From: Octopus vulgaris
Lineage: Eukaryota
Length of the DNA: 64,000 bases
Direction: 5' to 3'
Assembly: GCA_951406725.2 (NCBI GenBank)
Contig: OX597826.1
Location: 54,684,001 to 54,748,000 of the forward strand
Shown: piece after piece, positions 12,774-27,440 of the stretch
How the letters are laid out: every line of letters begins with the position of its first letter
Numbering within the stretch: the stretch's first letter is position 1
Notes under the pieces: generated by a model
Seen by the model: the letters and a program-made list of their open reading frames with translations, nothing else
Told to the model about the DNA's origin: nothing
Databases searched by the model: none
Program-made: the position numbers and the translations under genes

Positions 12774-13200
12774 GGCAGCGAGCTGGCAGAAACGTTAGCA
12801 CGCCGGGCGAAATGCTTAGCAGTATTTCGTCTGTCGCTACGTTCTGAGTTCAAATTCCGCCGAGGTCGACTTTGCCTTTTATCCTTTCGGGGTCGATTAA
12901 ATAAGTACCAGTTACGCACTGGGTCGATATAATCGACTTAATTCGTTTGTCTGTCCTTGTTTGTCCCCTCTGTGTGTAGCCCCTTGTGGACAGTAATGAA
13001 ATAAGAAACTTTAGCACGCCGGGCGAAATGCTTAGCGATATTTCGTCTGTTTTTAATTTCTGAGTTCAAATTCCACCGAGGTCGATTTTTATCTTTTTAT
13101 CCTTTCAGGGTCAATAAATTAAGTATCAATTGCGTACTGGGGTCGATTTAATCGTCTGGCCTCTTCCCGCCAAATTTCGGGCCTTGTGCCTAGAGTAGAA
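12774..13200 (+). mobile_element. SINE type B, dimeric, with imperfect 15-bp TSD
   Basis: A box-like TGGCAGAAACG, B box GAGTTCAAATTC, two cores, ends TAGAGTAGAA. Flanks are AAGATATTCACGGGC (12757) and AAGTTATTCACGTGC (13201). Confidence 0.88.
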
Positions 13201-14247
13201 AAGTTATTCACGTGCGTGTTTGCGTAAGCGTTTTTGTGTGACCTCTGTTCGTAGTTTGAGTGAGATTATGTGCGCATGCTTCTGTGTTTGCTGTTAATAT
13301 TACGTGTATCTGTGTCTGTATCTACCTTGAATGTGTGTGTGTGTGTGTGTGTGTGAATGTATTGGGGCATGTATTTGTATTTATGTCTGTATGTTAATGT
13401 ATGTGTGTTAATGTATTTGAATGTGTGTGTGTGTGTATGTTTTTGTGCGTGTGTGTATATGTGAATGTATTTGTCTTTTTGTGTGTGTGTATGCGTGCAT
13501 GTACTTTTGAGTGTGTGTGCGTATTTTGAGTGTGTTTGTGAATGTATAGAGGGATGCATTCGTATATGCGTGTGTTCGTGTGATACCAGCATCTGTGTAG
13601 ACGTTTGAATCGTAGAAAACTTCTTAGAGAAAGTTTTACTTCACAAACTCAACAAATTAGAAAAAAAAAACACATACTTCATTTTAATAAACCACATATT
13701 TGAATTTTACTTCTAACACTCATTTCCATCATTCATTCTACCTGAATTTTTTCTCTCTTTGCCTAGTTCTCTCTCCCACACCCCCTCTCTCTCTCCCTTC
13801 GTCTTTCTAACGCTCTCTCACCTTGTCTTTATTTTCTTTTTCATATTTTCATTTATAATGTTAAGATTTTTCTTTCCTCTCCTAGGTTTTGGCACCGAAA
13901 CGCTTCTTTCAAGAGTCTTACTTAACATTTTGGTATTGCTTTAGTATACACTGTTTATTATTATATTTATCTGATATTATTTTCTTTTTTCTTTTTCCGT
14001 TTTCTTCCTTTACATATCTCTGGTCTTAGAGAAAGATTTTAAAACTTTCTTGTGCTTGTTGTAGTTATTGTGTGTTCTTCTCTTTTCAACCGAAAACGAA
14101 GAAAATATAGCACATGATAGGACATATATATATATATACAAAACTGTGAGCGTGTGTCTATGTATGAGTGTATGCTCCTCGTGTTTCTCGGCTTTGGCGT
14201 ATATCTATTTATTTTTTCTGTCTCTGTCTCTCTATCTAACTATATTT

Positions 14248-14367
<120 letters not shown>

Positions 14368-14449
14368 CTATCCATCTATCTGTCTGCCTATTTCCTCAAA
14401 TATTTACAATATATTCATAAACTTATACTATGATTACTTTGTACTGTAG

Positions 14450-16380
14450 TAACCTCGTGAGGACGTCAGGAAAGGTAAGTTCGATACCATTAATATTCCA
14501 CTCGAACAATTACCGACAATACCTGCATAGAATCAGGAGGGCTGAATTTTAGGGCAGGAAGGACTAGGCAAGTTGATTGATGCTGAATTTATGCGATAGA
14601 ATATAGATGTTTGTTTCTTTTCATTGTAGGATTTCCACTTTACCGCAGTTCTTTCACATAGGTTACACGACGTTGCTCCTTTATTGGCCATGACATAATT
14701 CCTATATTGTCTCTCTACGCATCTCATATAATACATAACGTGCAATATATTTTAGGCATTGGTGTGTAGTTTTCGGTGCAAGATATTTTCTTAAATGGTT
14801 ATGGTTTGCACATAGTTAGTTGATGGAACAACCTGCTTTTTTATATGTAATAATTTTCTAAATTTGCAGTCTAGTTCACCTTAGCTTTCGATGTTGCATC
14901 GATGAATATCACATCTTGGGATATGTTTTCTTATACCAGGCATTTTTCTTTCCCGGTTTTTAAAAAAAAAATTTTCTTTCGAGTTTGTTCCAGAGTTTCG
15001 TGCAGTAAGTGTGCCACACTGTATTAGTATCATTGCTGAAGGTAGTTTCAAATTCTCTTAAAGCTCTTTATAAAACCGGTTCTTATCTCGTAGCTTGTAT
15101 GCAGTGAATGAAATCCTGGACATGTTCATAGAGTGGACATATCTGAGCTACGTTTCTTATGATCCTTACTAGATCCGTTATCAAGATGTTTATGTTTCCA
15201 TTTGTTGTCATAGAAGAGCTCTGAAAGACCAGGTGCTTATCGGCCATAGCTGAATAAAATGTGAGTGGAGATTTGTTTCTTGTAATTCTAATTTCAAGCC
15301 AGAACTGGTCGAATTTGGTTGGGATGTTTGGGTAATCAATGGTAAATTTAATGGCTTCGTGAAATGGATTTTACTGGCTACTACGTCTTTTGTATACCAT
15401 GTTTTTCTATTTCCTGTCTATCATCTTGTAGAGTTGTTTTATCACAATGCTTATATCATCTGCATAACACGTACATATCATCAGGTATGGAGTTTTCTAG
15501 GAGATACAATTTGAATTACATATTATTACTTTACTATGCAGAAGTTATTCTCATCCGCATCAATGCCAATACCAATGGCTGTACCCATTTTTTATCGTAT
15601 AATTTACTAGCAGTATCGCCCGGCGTTGCTCGGGTTTGCTTCGACCCTTTAGAATTGGAATTTCTGAAAAGTAAAACTTTTTCATTATTTAGCTTGTTAT
15701 TCTCTTTAAGTGAACATTGTTCTGGTTGAAATACATCGAAAAATGGCGACACAGCAGTAAAAAAATCGTAAAAAGTAGGGATTTTCATAGAAAAAAAGCA
15801 CCTTTTTGATGTAAATAATTTTTGGTGTTAACATTGTTCGATTTGAATTTTTTCTTCTACGGAAGGAAGAGCAAGCCTGCTTCTATCATACTTTCAATTT
15901 TGGTCAACTTGTGCCTCAGGGTCTCGGAGGAGATAGTGTTAGTTGAAGGCTACCAAACCTGCCATACACAGATAACTTCAGCTTTATATATAGAGAGATT
16001 GTTAAATTAAAAAAAATATTTCTTTAGTGTTGTTTTATGCTGGCACCAAACGTATGTGACATTGCCTTGCTTATTTGGTATTGGTTTCATTAAGTTCGGA
16101 TCGATTTAGCCCATCACATATATTTTAGCACTCTAAAACTTATTTTTAAAATTCACTTTCATTACACCACTCGCTAAATAACTTAGCCTTCACAAACTAT
16201 TTTCAGTATCTATAAGAACTAATAGCGATAGGTATCTATAAGAACTCATAGCTCTAGGTTAGTTTCCAATTCTATTTTAATGTTGCCTTAGGCGATTTGA
16301 GCGCTTCTGTTTACTGTCATAAGTTTAACGAATTGGATATATATTCACGATATTTCTGGCTGTTACACATGATTGGTTTT
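14450..16380 (-). pseudogene. Decayed Penelope-like reverse transcriptase region (boundaries approximate)
   Basis: The minus strand gives YADDI (15466-15452), GTAIG (15585-15571) preceded by FNNKLY once the Helitron is removed, and IRTGFIKS (~15085-15060). The order fits PLE RT motifs; many frameshifts. Confidence 0.65.
15607..15998 (-). mobile_element. Non-autonomous Helitron, 392 bp, both termini intact
   Basis: Minus strand: 5' TCTCTCTATATATAAAGCTGAAG; 3' hairpin CCCGAGCAACGCCGGG followed by CGATACTGCTAG. Inserted between A and T with no TSD. Confidence 0.9.
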
Positions 16381-17176
16381 TACTGCTGTGTATTTAATAA
16401 CAACAGCAGCAACAACAATAATAATAATGATAATAATAATAATGGTAATGAAAGTCACAACTAAGATTAATACAGTAGACTCTATGAAGAGAGGTTCAAA
16501 TGAGCAGTCTTGAGCGAGTATTTGACAGAAGCACAGTCTGTCCAGAGATTGGGGATACTGTATTTCTCTCTCCCTGTCTCTCTATTTCTTTCTTTCATTC
16601 AATATTTCATTCCTTCTTTCTTTCTTCTTTCCTTCTTTTCCTTTCTTTCCTTCTTTTCCTTTCTTTCCTTTTATATATGGATATGAGTAAGCAAACGATA
16701 GAAAGTAGAACTCAACACGTTTAGTTAGTGTCACAAGCCTTTAACAATCATTTGACTGTATACACGCACACAAACAAAAACATAATTACATACACACACA
16801 CATAATTACAATATGACATTTGACCTTTCCTTTGAGCTTGCCTTTCATATTAGCCCTTCTAATACATAGCAGTGGATGCACTTGTATCTTATTGCTCTTA
16901 AATGATATTAAATTTGTCATCTTAAAAACTGGTATTGCTTGCACGGGAATTGAACTTGTAGATACAGTTCTTGGGTAGTTGCGTGAATACAGCGCCCGTA
17001 AATATGAATGCACAGGTCTATATACATTTATAAATATATCCTAACGTGAACAAATATGTATGCCTATGCGTATAATTGTGTTTTATATAACGACGTGAAT
17101 ATACATACTACAAATATACATACATACATACATACACTCACACGCTCACACACACACATACATACATATATTTATA

Positions 17177-17304
<128 letters not shown>

Positions 17305-17555
17305 AGCACTCCTATACATCATACAAGTACAACACACGCGCAGAGAACATCAGACACAAACACCAGAAAACACAAGCGTAAAGATAATTACTATGAGTGG
17401 TATGTGTGCGCAAATACATATCTTTATATAAATATGTATATATGTAGTGTATAATATGTATATGAGAGTATGATATATATGTTTACATGTGTGCATATAC
17501 AAATGAATATATATGAAGCTATGGCTATAATTATATATACGTAACTATATGTATG

Positions 17556-17591
<36 letters not shown>

Positions 17592-17687
17592 AACACATGC
17601 TAATTTGTTTATGTATATTTCTGAACACATATAAGTATATGTATACATATATATATAGATACATATGCATATACATATATATGTATA

Positions 17688-17730
<43 letters not shown>

Positions 17731-17747
17731 ATATGTATATATGTATG

Positions 17748-17806
<59 letters not shown>

Positions 17807-17921
17807 ATAAACATGCATAATTGCAGTCTGTGTATTTTTGAAATATTCAATTCAATTCCTGTTGTGCTGTTTTTCATCAGATTTTCCTCATTTCGCTTGA
17901 AAATTATTTATTTACTTGTTT

Positions 17922-18370
<449 letters not shown>

Positions 18371-19041
18371 ACGACAAACAAAAGCCCAACCGAATTCTTT
18401 CTCTCTCTCTCTCTCTGCCTTCCTCTGTCTCTCTCTCTCTCTCTCTGTCTTCCTCTGTCTCGGTCTTTTCTCCCCCACTCTATCCCTCTTTCTGTCTCCC
18501 TGCCTACGTCTCTCACTCTCTCTCTCTCTCTCGTCTCTCTCTCTCACTCTCATTCTCTTCCCGTCTATCGTTACCCTCTCAAGTTCTCTCTCTCTGTCTA
18601 TCTCACTTACTCTCGGATTCCAAAGATAAAATAACAAATTTTCTCATAATGGAATCGGTTAAGATTTGTGTTTGATCACAAGTGTAAAATCCAATATTGA
18701 AAGCAGGTAGAATATATTATTTCATACACTGAGACGGTCATTTTTTGTAGATTTAGTGGCTTTTATTAAAAAATATTTCTGCTTCAGTGATTTCATATAT
18801 ATATAGAGAGAGAGGGTGAAATACACACACATACACACACATACTGAAGCACACAAGCACATAAACATGTATATATTCATATATATACATATAAGTATGA
18901 CTGTGTTTGTAATATTGTGAGTATGTCTATGTATTATATGAATGTTAGTATGGTATTTGCATGTATGCATATATTGGTTTATGATATACAAATCACAACT
19001 GCACGCAAAAACTATATACATACATACATACATACATATAT

Positions 19042-19084
<43 letters not shown>

Positions 19085-19220
19085 TCAAGTATACGTGTGT
19101 GGGCACGCTGATTCGTGCGTACGTATATATGGATGGACATGCAAACCTAATATATTTATGAATAATTCTGTAGAAGAGCTACATACGCTTATGCACGTGT
19201 TTTTCTCACACACACGCATA

Positions 19221-19346
<126 letters not shown>

Positions 19347-19356
19347 CCTACCTATA

Positions 19357-19391
<35 letters not shown>

Positions 19392-19442
19392 ATATTTCAA
19401 AAACAATCAATCACACAGACATATCATTTTATATATTCATTC

Positions 19443-19477
<35 letters not shown>

Positions 19478-19564
19478 CATACACACAAACACAGACACAC
19501 ACACGCACAAATATGTCTCTATTTGGGCGTTTGCGTCAGTGTTTAATCATGAATGTGTGCAATT

Positions 19565-19612
<48 letters not shown>

Positions 19613-19954
19613 TGTGTGTGTATTCTTAAAAGTGATTGCGACTGGTATTTGAGATGAAGGTTCAGGGACACAATCTCAGAAAGAAGTTAAGCAAAACAGT
19701 TTCTGTGTTCAGCTTTGTTTGCTGTGCTGGATGCATGGCCAACAGAGCTTGAAAATGGATAAACAAATAAACAAATAAATAAGTAACCAAATAAATAGAA
19801 TCCTTACGGTATGGCCTACAAAATACCGGACATCCACTTATGACAACAACGCTTCCCTTTACGGAGAGAAGTTGCAAAAGCAGTATGATTTTTAACAGTA
19901 ACTGGCAGATGGACTGTCTCTAAGCGCATGCTTTTTGTATGTATTATATATATA

Positions 19955-20985
19955 TCAGATGATGGAGTGCTTCTGCACAGTAGAAGTGATGGGAAACTGT
20001 TCAATCTCTCGCGTCTGCGGGCCAAGACCAAAATCAGAAGCGCCCTGATCAAGGAGATGCTATTTGCTGATGATGCCGCTCTGGTATCACACACAGAAGA
20101 AGCCATGCAAAGGCTCATCAACTGTTTTGAGCAAGCATGTAGCAACTTTGGCTTAGTTGTCAGCCTCAAGAAGACCAACATCATGGATCAGGCTACATCG
20201 GACATCCCAAACAAACATATTGAAGACCACAGACTATAGGAGGTGGAGAAGTTTACCTATCTTGGCTCTACCGTCAACTACAACCTATCCCTTGATGCCG
20301 AGTTCAATATAAGCATTAGCAAAGCATGGGACAACAATAAGCTGACCAGGACCACAAAAATAAAGATTTACCAGGCATGTGTACTTAGCACTCTACTGTA
20401 TGAACGTGAGACTTGGATGCCATACATACACCAAAAGCGTCGCCTAAATATCTTTCACCTGCGTTGCCTCCGAAAAATCCTTGACATCACATGGCAGAAT
20501 CATGTCCCCACCAAAGATGTCCTCAGGCAAGCAGGAATACCAAGCATCTTTACACTCTCTACACAAAGACGTATGAGATGGCTTGGACATATTAGCCGTA
20601 TGGAAGATGGCAGAATCCCTAAGGACATACTCTACGGAGAGTTTGCTTGGAGCACTAGGTCTGAGGGAACACCGTACTTACGATACAAAGATGTTTGCAA
20701 AAGTGACATGAAGGACTGCAGCATCAATATTGACAACTGAGAAGCAGTTGCCAGCAATCGTGGTGATTAGCGACGTACCGTAAAAGAAGGAATACAAAAG
20801 AGTGACAGAGGAAGAAAGAAGAAATGGAAAAACAAGAAAAGACGTCAGTAAGAAATTATGACATTACAACCAGCCAGGCAAAGTCTTCGCTACATTTGCG
20901 GCACCTGCCAAAGGGAGTGTTTGTCCAGGATAGGACTACACAACCACAGCAGATGTATAAGGACATGAAATGTAAAAGCCGGACT
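19955..20985 (+). mobile_element. 5'-truncated RTE-clade (BovB-like) LINE with RT C-terminus and 3' tail
   Basis: DGKLFNLSRLRAKTK, MLFADDAALVSHT, FGLVVSLKKT, EKFTYLGS, LRCLRKILDITWQ, RWLGHISRMEDGRIPKDILYGE. 3' end CCATTGTCTCCCGAGAC...GGATGCCAACAACAACAA. Contains stops and deletions; TA runs on both sides. Confidence 0.93.
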
Positions 20986-21045
20986 AGACTATTTTATGCG
21001 CAACTCCATTGTCTCCCGAGACAAAAAGGATGCCAACAACAACAA

Positions 21046-21079
<34 letters not shown>

Positions 21080-21080
<1 letters not shown>

Positions 21081-21389
21081 GTGAGAAAGTTGGTGTGTGA
21101 AAGCACGTGGTTAGATATATAAAAAATAGAAAAGACTGAAAAAACTACAGAAGGCTTGTTTTATAAGGTTAAAGAATATATTTAAGTCGTTATGTTAGAA
21201 AAATGTTATAAAATTTTGTGTATAGTAACTTAGTTTTTGGAGAAATAAGCAGTTTCGTGTAAACTTTTCAAATTTCCCAAAGTTCTTTACCTACATCGTG
21301 TCATGTCTTCGTTATGAAGTGCACTTCATAACGAAGACACGACACCTTATAAAACAAGCGTTCTGTAGTTTTTTCAGTCTTTTCTATTT

Positions 21390-21392
<3 letters not shown>
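21080..21392. mobile_element. Foldback element with ~50-bp inverted arms, ~35-bp tail and an internal 48-bp palindrome; same family as 30481-31225
   Basis: Arms 21119-21169 and 21344-21392. The tail GTGAGAAAGTTGGTGTGTGAAAGCACGTGG is the reverse-complement homologue of 31197-31225. Palindrome 21298-21345 is centred on GTGCAC. Confidence 0.8.
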
Positions 21393-21472
<80 letters not shown>

Positions 21473-21632
21473 GTACAATTGCAGCGTGGAAGGTGCTTAT
21501 AAGCCATTTAAGAAACACACAAAAACCGTTAGATTCATTTCAACATTTAAATTTAATTTGTCAAAATATTTTCCTCGCTTTGAGAGCGCGACCTGTTCAC
21601 TGACAAAACTTCGTGCTGCATCTCTCTTTCTG

Positions 21633-21715
<83 letters not shown>

Positions 21716-21805
21716 GCGCGTGGCTTAGAGGTTAGGGTATTCAGCCTACAATCATATAGTTGTGAGTTCAATTTCCGGCGATGTGTCATGTCCTTGAGCA
21801 AGTCT
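21716..21805 (+). mobile_element. SINE type C head fragment
   Basis: GGCGCGTGGCTTAGAGGTTAGGG...GAGTTCAATTTCC...GTCCTTGAGCAAG. Confidence 0.7.
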
Positions 21806-22525
21806 TTTCTCTTGGTGTCTAAAGCCTGAAAGACGCTGTTACGCAGTCATCAACCGAAAAGCTTATCCAGTTTCTATGTTATCCGAAACATATGGATAGC
21901 TATTAAATAACGTTGCATTCAGAGATACAAAGCATTTTAAAAGTATGCGGCTCAGCACGTTAGAGATATATGAATACACGTATTCGAAAATATATGAGGG
22001 AAAAGTAAGCTGCTGAAAACTTCGTTTGAAAATTTAAAAAGGTCAGAAACGCACTTTATTAGAGATTACCTATTTATGAAAATTGAATAAATATGTAAAA
22101 ATTGCATATCCTTCCCTGATAAATAGTTGAATATTGACCTATTGGTTCATGAATTGGTATGATTTTTCTCATGTTTCAGAAGGTGCTTTTCTAAGTGATG
22201 ACATTCAAAGTAGATCTTTGATCTGAAAGTTTGACATCTTGCAAATTTATGAAGTGCTTTTTATGTATATGGCTCTTCTTGGTTATGCAAATCGTGCAAC
22301 ATTTGGTCCTACTTCTGTATGCTCTGTATCACTATTTATTAAAACTCTTGTCTTGATTTGAGCTTTTTTTTTTGTTTGTAATTACCGTTTTTCTTTACTA
22401 CAGGAAGAAGTACATATAGCTAAAACTTCCACTATGTATGCGTAGTGTTTACGCACGGCTGTTTCGTTTGGTGAAGGTAACACTCTATACTGTGCCGTAT
22501 TAACACACACAAACACACACACATG

Positions 22526-22568
<43 letters not shown>

Positions 22569-22672
22569 GTATCTGTGTGTGGCGTGTTTGTGTATCTGTG
22601 TGTGTTTCTGTAAATCTGTGTGTGTTTTTGTATATCTGTGGGTGTTTGTGTGCGCGCTATTGTGTTTGTATT

Positions 22673-22743
<71 letters not shown>

Positions 22744-23773
22744 CTATATATGTATGCTTGTATACACACACATAATGCTTCAATGATTTATATCTGTATA
22801 TAAAATTATATCTACGAATATAAATACCTCTTCATACAACCATATCTGCTGACTTACAAGTATGTGAAGTCCATGTGTGCGTGCAGGTATGCATAAATGT
22901 ATGTTTGAAATATATTTAACAAAACCCAATGCCTTATTGTTATTATTCTGAGAAATTTACTGAGCATCTACCTTGGGAAATTTAGTACGAAGACAGAATG
23001 AAGACTAATCTACCACAAAATTCTTACAAAACTATGCTTTAACGTTTGTGAAGTCATTCTTGAATATATTCCTCATCGAAAACTATTCTGTTGTTGGTAT
23101 GTCGAAGAGAGCCCCTACCGGCTAAATCTATAAACAAAAGCGTTTCAACCATAACCACTCTCTTCTATTTATCTAGGCATTCATTGTCAAATATTTTCCT
23201 TCTGGTCTAAAATTATTCTTCCTATATATACATATATAGTGGTAAATGTTGCCTGTATAAATATATATTCCTACTGTATTTACATTTCACTTCTATACTT
23301 GAAAAGGGGGACAATTATCATAAACACGTTGGATAAGATAGGAAAGTACGTTGACAATTCCCCCGCCAGTCCTCCTGAGAAAAGTCAATAAATTTCTTCC
23401 ATTTGAAAGAGTAACGAATCTCTGTTGAAGTAAATGTCTTACAGCAAAAATAAATAAATAGAAGAAACCCAGAAAACGTTTGCAGTTTAATTTGAGAGAA
23501 GCCGCAATCAAAGTAATTTTAAGATAGTAAGTAGTTAATGCTTCTTTTGTCTTGTAAGCAAAATATACATGGTTCGATATTTGATATGCGTTTCCATAAA
23601 GGCTGGAAATCGGTTTTTCCTTTTTTCCCCAATGTTTCACTGTTTGATGCGGCTTGTGGGGCTCCCGTTTCCCAACAAATAAAAAAGCCCTCCCAAAATA
23701 TATGGATCCCTTAGTAATTTTGCAGTCTAGTTATAAGATCTATTTTCTGTCTGTCTGTCTGTCTGTCTCTCTG

Positions 23774-23822
<49 letters not shown>

Positions 23823-24364
23823 CTTTTTCTCCTTTACTGAAGGAGGACACTTTTCCGAAACGCTTGGTTTCCATTCTTTCTTACAACATAAGGCATACTT
23901 GACTGTTGAAAATATTATGTTAGGGAACAAATGCTGGGTGTTCCAGTCTTGATTGAGACAGTTTTAAATGTCTGGTAGTAGACGTTGTTTCCATAACATT
24001 TGAAAGACCACTAAGAAAGAAGAGGTAGGAGCATGCAGTTCGCGTTCTTCGGCATAAATCAAAGACTACAAGCAAAACATGAAACAGACGAGATCTTGAC
24101 CGTCTTGAGAAGATCGATGCAGTGTACTGTTTAGTTCATCTTAGAAGGGACAAACACAGGATAGACTAATAAACTGGGCCAGGTGGAGGAGGGTTGCGGG
24201 TGCTATTATCTTGAATATTGAATCTGCGAAATAATCCAGACGCTTGTCGGGTTTCTCCTACTGCAATTAAAGAAAACCTAGAACGGTTTGACAAAAACAT
24301 CATTGTTTTCTTGAAGCATTAAAACATTCTATCCTGTGATATTATTTCGAGAGAAAGAAAGCAG

Positions 24365-24560
24365 GGGGCTGAGAGAATCGTTGGCACGCCGGACGAAATG
24401 TTTTGCGGCACTTCGTCCTTTTTACGTTCTGAGTTCAAAGTCCGCCAAGGCCGATTTTGCCTTTCATCAATTCAGGGATCGATCAAATTAAAATAGTTAC
24501 CAGTCGAGTAATGGGGTCGATGTAACCGATTATATTGCCCACAAAAAATTTCAACCCTTG
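24365..24560 (+). mobile_element. SINE type B, diverged monomer
   Basis: GCACGCCGGACGAAATG...TTCTGAGTTCAAAGTCCGCC...GGGGTCGATGTAACCGA. Confidence 0.75.
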
Positions 24561-24821
24561 TTTCTGTAACAGAAAGTTTTATGTAGCAAAAGGAGAAAGC
24601 GAACTGCCAAGACCGAAGCGCTTTGGACATGATCAATTCTTTCGAGACGTATGTAGTGTATACATATACATATATATATACATATATATATGTATAACAT
24701 GTACATTATATAACATACATATATATATATATATACATGCATAGATAAACACATGCATAGATAAAAGCCTGTATGCAATGTATGTATGTAGGTGTGTTTG
24801 AATGTATATATATTTTATTCT

Positions 24822-25044
24822 TTTATTTGTTTCAGTCATTTTACTGCAGCCTTTAGTCGGAAAAATCGACTCCAGAACTTATTCTTTGTAAGCCTTGTAC
24901 ATATCTTATCGCTCCCGTTCGCCGAACCGCTAAGTTACGTGGACGGAGACACACCAGCATCGGTTGTCAAGCAATGGTGGGGGGACAAACACAAACACAC
25001 AAACATATACATACATACATACATACATACATACATACACACAC

Positions 25045-25094
<50 letters not shown>

Positions 25095-25249
25095 GTCGGG
25101 TTTCTTTCCGTTTACGTCTACTAAACCCACTCACAAGGCTTTTGTCGGTCCGAGGTTATAGCAGAAGACCAAGGTTCCACGCAATGGGACAGAACTCCGA
25201 GCCATGTAGTTGGTAAGCAAGCTATTTACCACACAGCCACTCCTGCGCC
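24822..25249 (-). mobile_element. SINE type A, near full length
   Basis: Runs from TTGTTTCAGTCATT through an internal (TACA)/(TA) tract to ACCACACAGCCACTCCTGCGCC. Confidence 0.85.
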
Positions 25250-25329
25250 TATATATATATATGTATGTATAAACACAAGCGCATGCACATCCATATATGT
25301 GTATGCCGCAGAGAAAAGTCTCCATAATT

Positions 25330-25860
25330 TTAGTTACTTTTCAATAAACATCTACGCCATATCCTCATGATCTGGCGGCTGGAAAAAATTTCAAAGAGAT
25401 GTCTGTGGGATACAATAAACCAAACTCTCATTACTCAAGAAATTCTTTTCTACTCTAGGCACAAAGCCCGAAATTTTGGGGAGGGGGTACAGTCGATGAG
25501 ATCGACCCCAGTACGCAGCTAGTACTTAATTTATCGACCCCAAAGGGATAAAAGGCAAAGTCGACCTCGGCGGAATTTGAACTCAGAATGTAAAATCAAT
25601 CAAGAAATTCTGAAAAGGAAATTAGGCAAGATAGGTCTCGCTCTAAGGAAACCTCGAGGCAGATTTACAAGACAAATGTTTGACTGGCAACCTGAGGTAA
25701 AGAGAAAATTGGATGACTCAAGAAGGTCTGGAATGGGTATATGGGGGATGACGCAGAGGTAATCGGTACTTCTTTGTCTGAAGTCAAGAAGGCGTCTACT
25801 GGTATGAAATGGTCGCCGACTTACGGAGTAATGTGGACTAAAATAACCATTGATGAAATG
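25330..25860 (+). mobile_element. Old RTE-like LINE 3' fragment interrupted by SINE type B (minus strand, ~25447-25595)
   Basis: QEILKRKLGKIGLALRKPRGRFTRQMFDWQPEVKRK resembles the RTE C-terminal W.GH.LRK...W.P.GKR segment. The SINE is flanked by TCAAGAAATTCT at ~25435 and ~25600. Confidence 0.6.
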
Positions 25861-26292
25861 GATGACACGTTTAATAGTGGCGGGTTTTCAACCCTTAGAA
25901 TCAATATGCTAAATACGAGTGACTGAATAGTGGAGAGATATTAATACTAACAGTATTTAATGTGCTACGTGTTACAGAGTCTGTTACCTTTACTCTATTC
26001 TAAAGAAATATGAAATAGAATTCCAATGCATAAAACTAAAACTAAAAATAAAAATTAAACGGTACCTAAAAAAATACAAAAGCATATGAATAGTACATAC
26101 ACACAGAACACGTGTTCACAAACACATATATGCACCCAGCATACACACATACACACACACACAGAGACACATACGTACATACATACATTCCGTAAAGGCT
26201 TTTAACTATGCATATGTGTGTTATGTGTACATGTTATATATATATATGAATATGTATACTTTACATACAGTCTAGGTATGCGTGTGAGTATG

Positions 26293-26340
<48 letters not shown>

Positions 26341-26388
26341 AGGGATATATATATATACATATACATATATGTGTGTGTGTGTGAGTGG

Positions 26389-26420
<32 letters not shown>

Positions 26421-26430
26421 GGATATATAT

Positions 26431-26495
<65 letters not shown>

Positions 26496-26582
26496 TGCAT
26501 GCATATGTATGATATACATATGCAGATACACATACATACATTTATATATGCAAAGTTGGTATATCAAAAGTTCCCGAAGCAG

Positions 26583-26623
<41 letters not shown>

Positions 26624-26814
26624 TATAAGAATGAGCTATTAGCTAAATGCGAGATAATTAGTTAAATCTTTAGTGAATTATGTAAAATGAGGCAGGTGTG
26701 GTTTTAATAGAGAAACTGGCTGAGAAAGATTACTTTGAACAATATTGAGTCAAATGACAGGAATAAAAGCGGTCTTCAATTAGTTAGCGATGGAGGTTCT
26801 TAGACGAGTCCATT

Positions 26815-27440
26815 ATGGCGGATCTGGTGCTGGTGGAGATGTTTGTGATTGAAGTTATGATGGTTGCACTGGATCTGGTGTTGGTGGATGTGGTGGTGGA
26901 GAGGTTTCTGATTGAAGTTATGATAGTTGCGGTGGATCTGATGTTGGTGGATGTGGTGGTGGAGAGGTTTCTGATTGAAGTTATGATAGTTGTGGTGGAT
27001 CTGGTGTTGGCGGATGTGGTGGTGGAGATGTTTGTGATTGAAGTTATGATGGTTGCAGTGGATCTGATGCTGGTGGATGTGGTGATGGAGAGGTTTGTGA
27101 TTGATCTTATGATGGTTGCGGTGGATCTGGTTTTGGTGGATGTGGTGGTAGAGAGGTTTCTGATTGAAGTTATGATAGTTGTAATGGATCTGATGCTGAA
27201 AGTGTTGGTGGAGAGATTTGTGATTGATCTTATGATGGTTGCGGTGGATCTGGTGTTGGTGGATGTGGTGGTGGAGAGGTTTCTGATTGAAGTTATGATA
27301 GTTGTGGTGGATCTGATGTTGGCGGATATGGTGGTGGAGAGGTTTGTGATTGATCTTATGATGGTTGCGATGGATCTGGTGTTGGTGGATGTGGTGGTGG
27401 AGAGGTTTGTGATTGATCTTATGATGGTTGCAGTGGTGAT
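26815..27440. repeat. Minisatellite, ~60-bp unit, ~10 copies
   Basis: The unit GATCTGGTGTTGGTGGATGTGGTGGTGGAGAGGTTTCTGATTGAAGTTATGATAGTTGCGGTG recurs with a 60-bp period; one unit is 57 bp. Confidence 0.93.
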
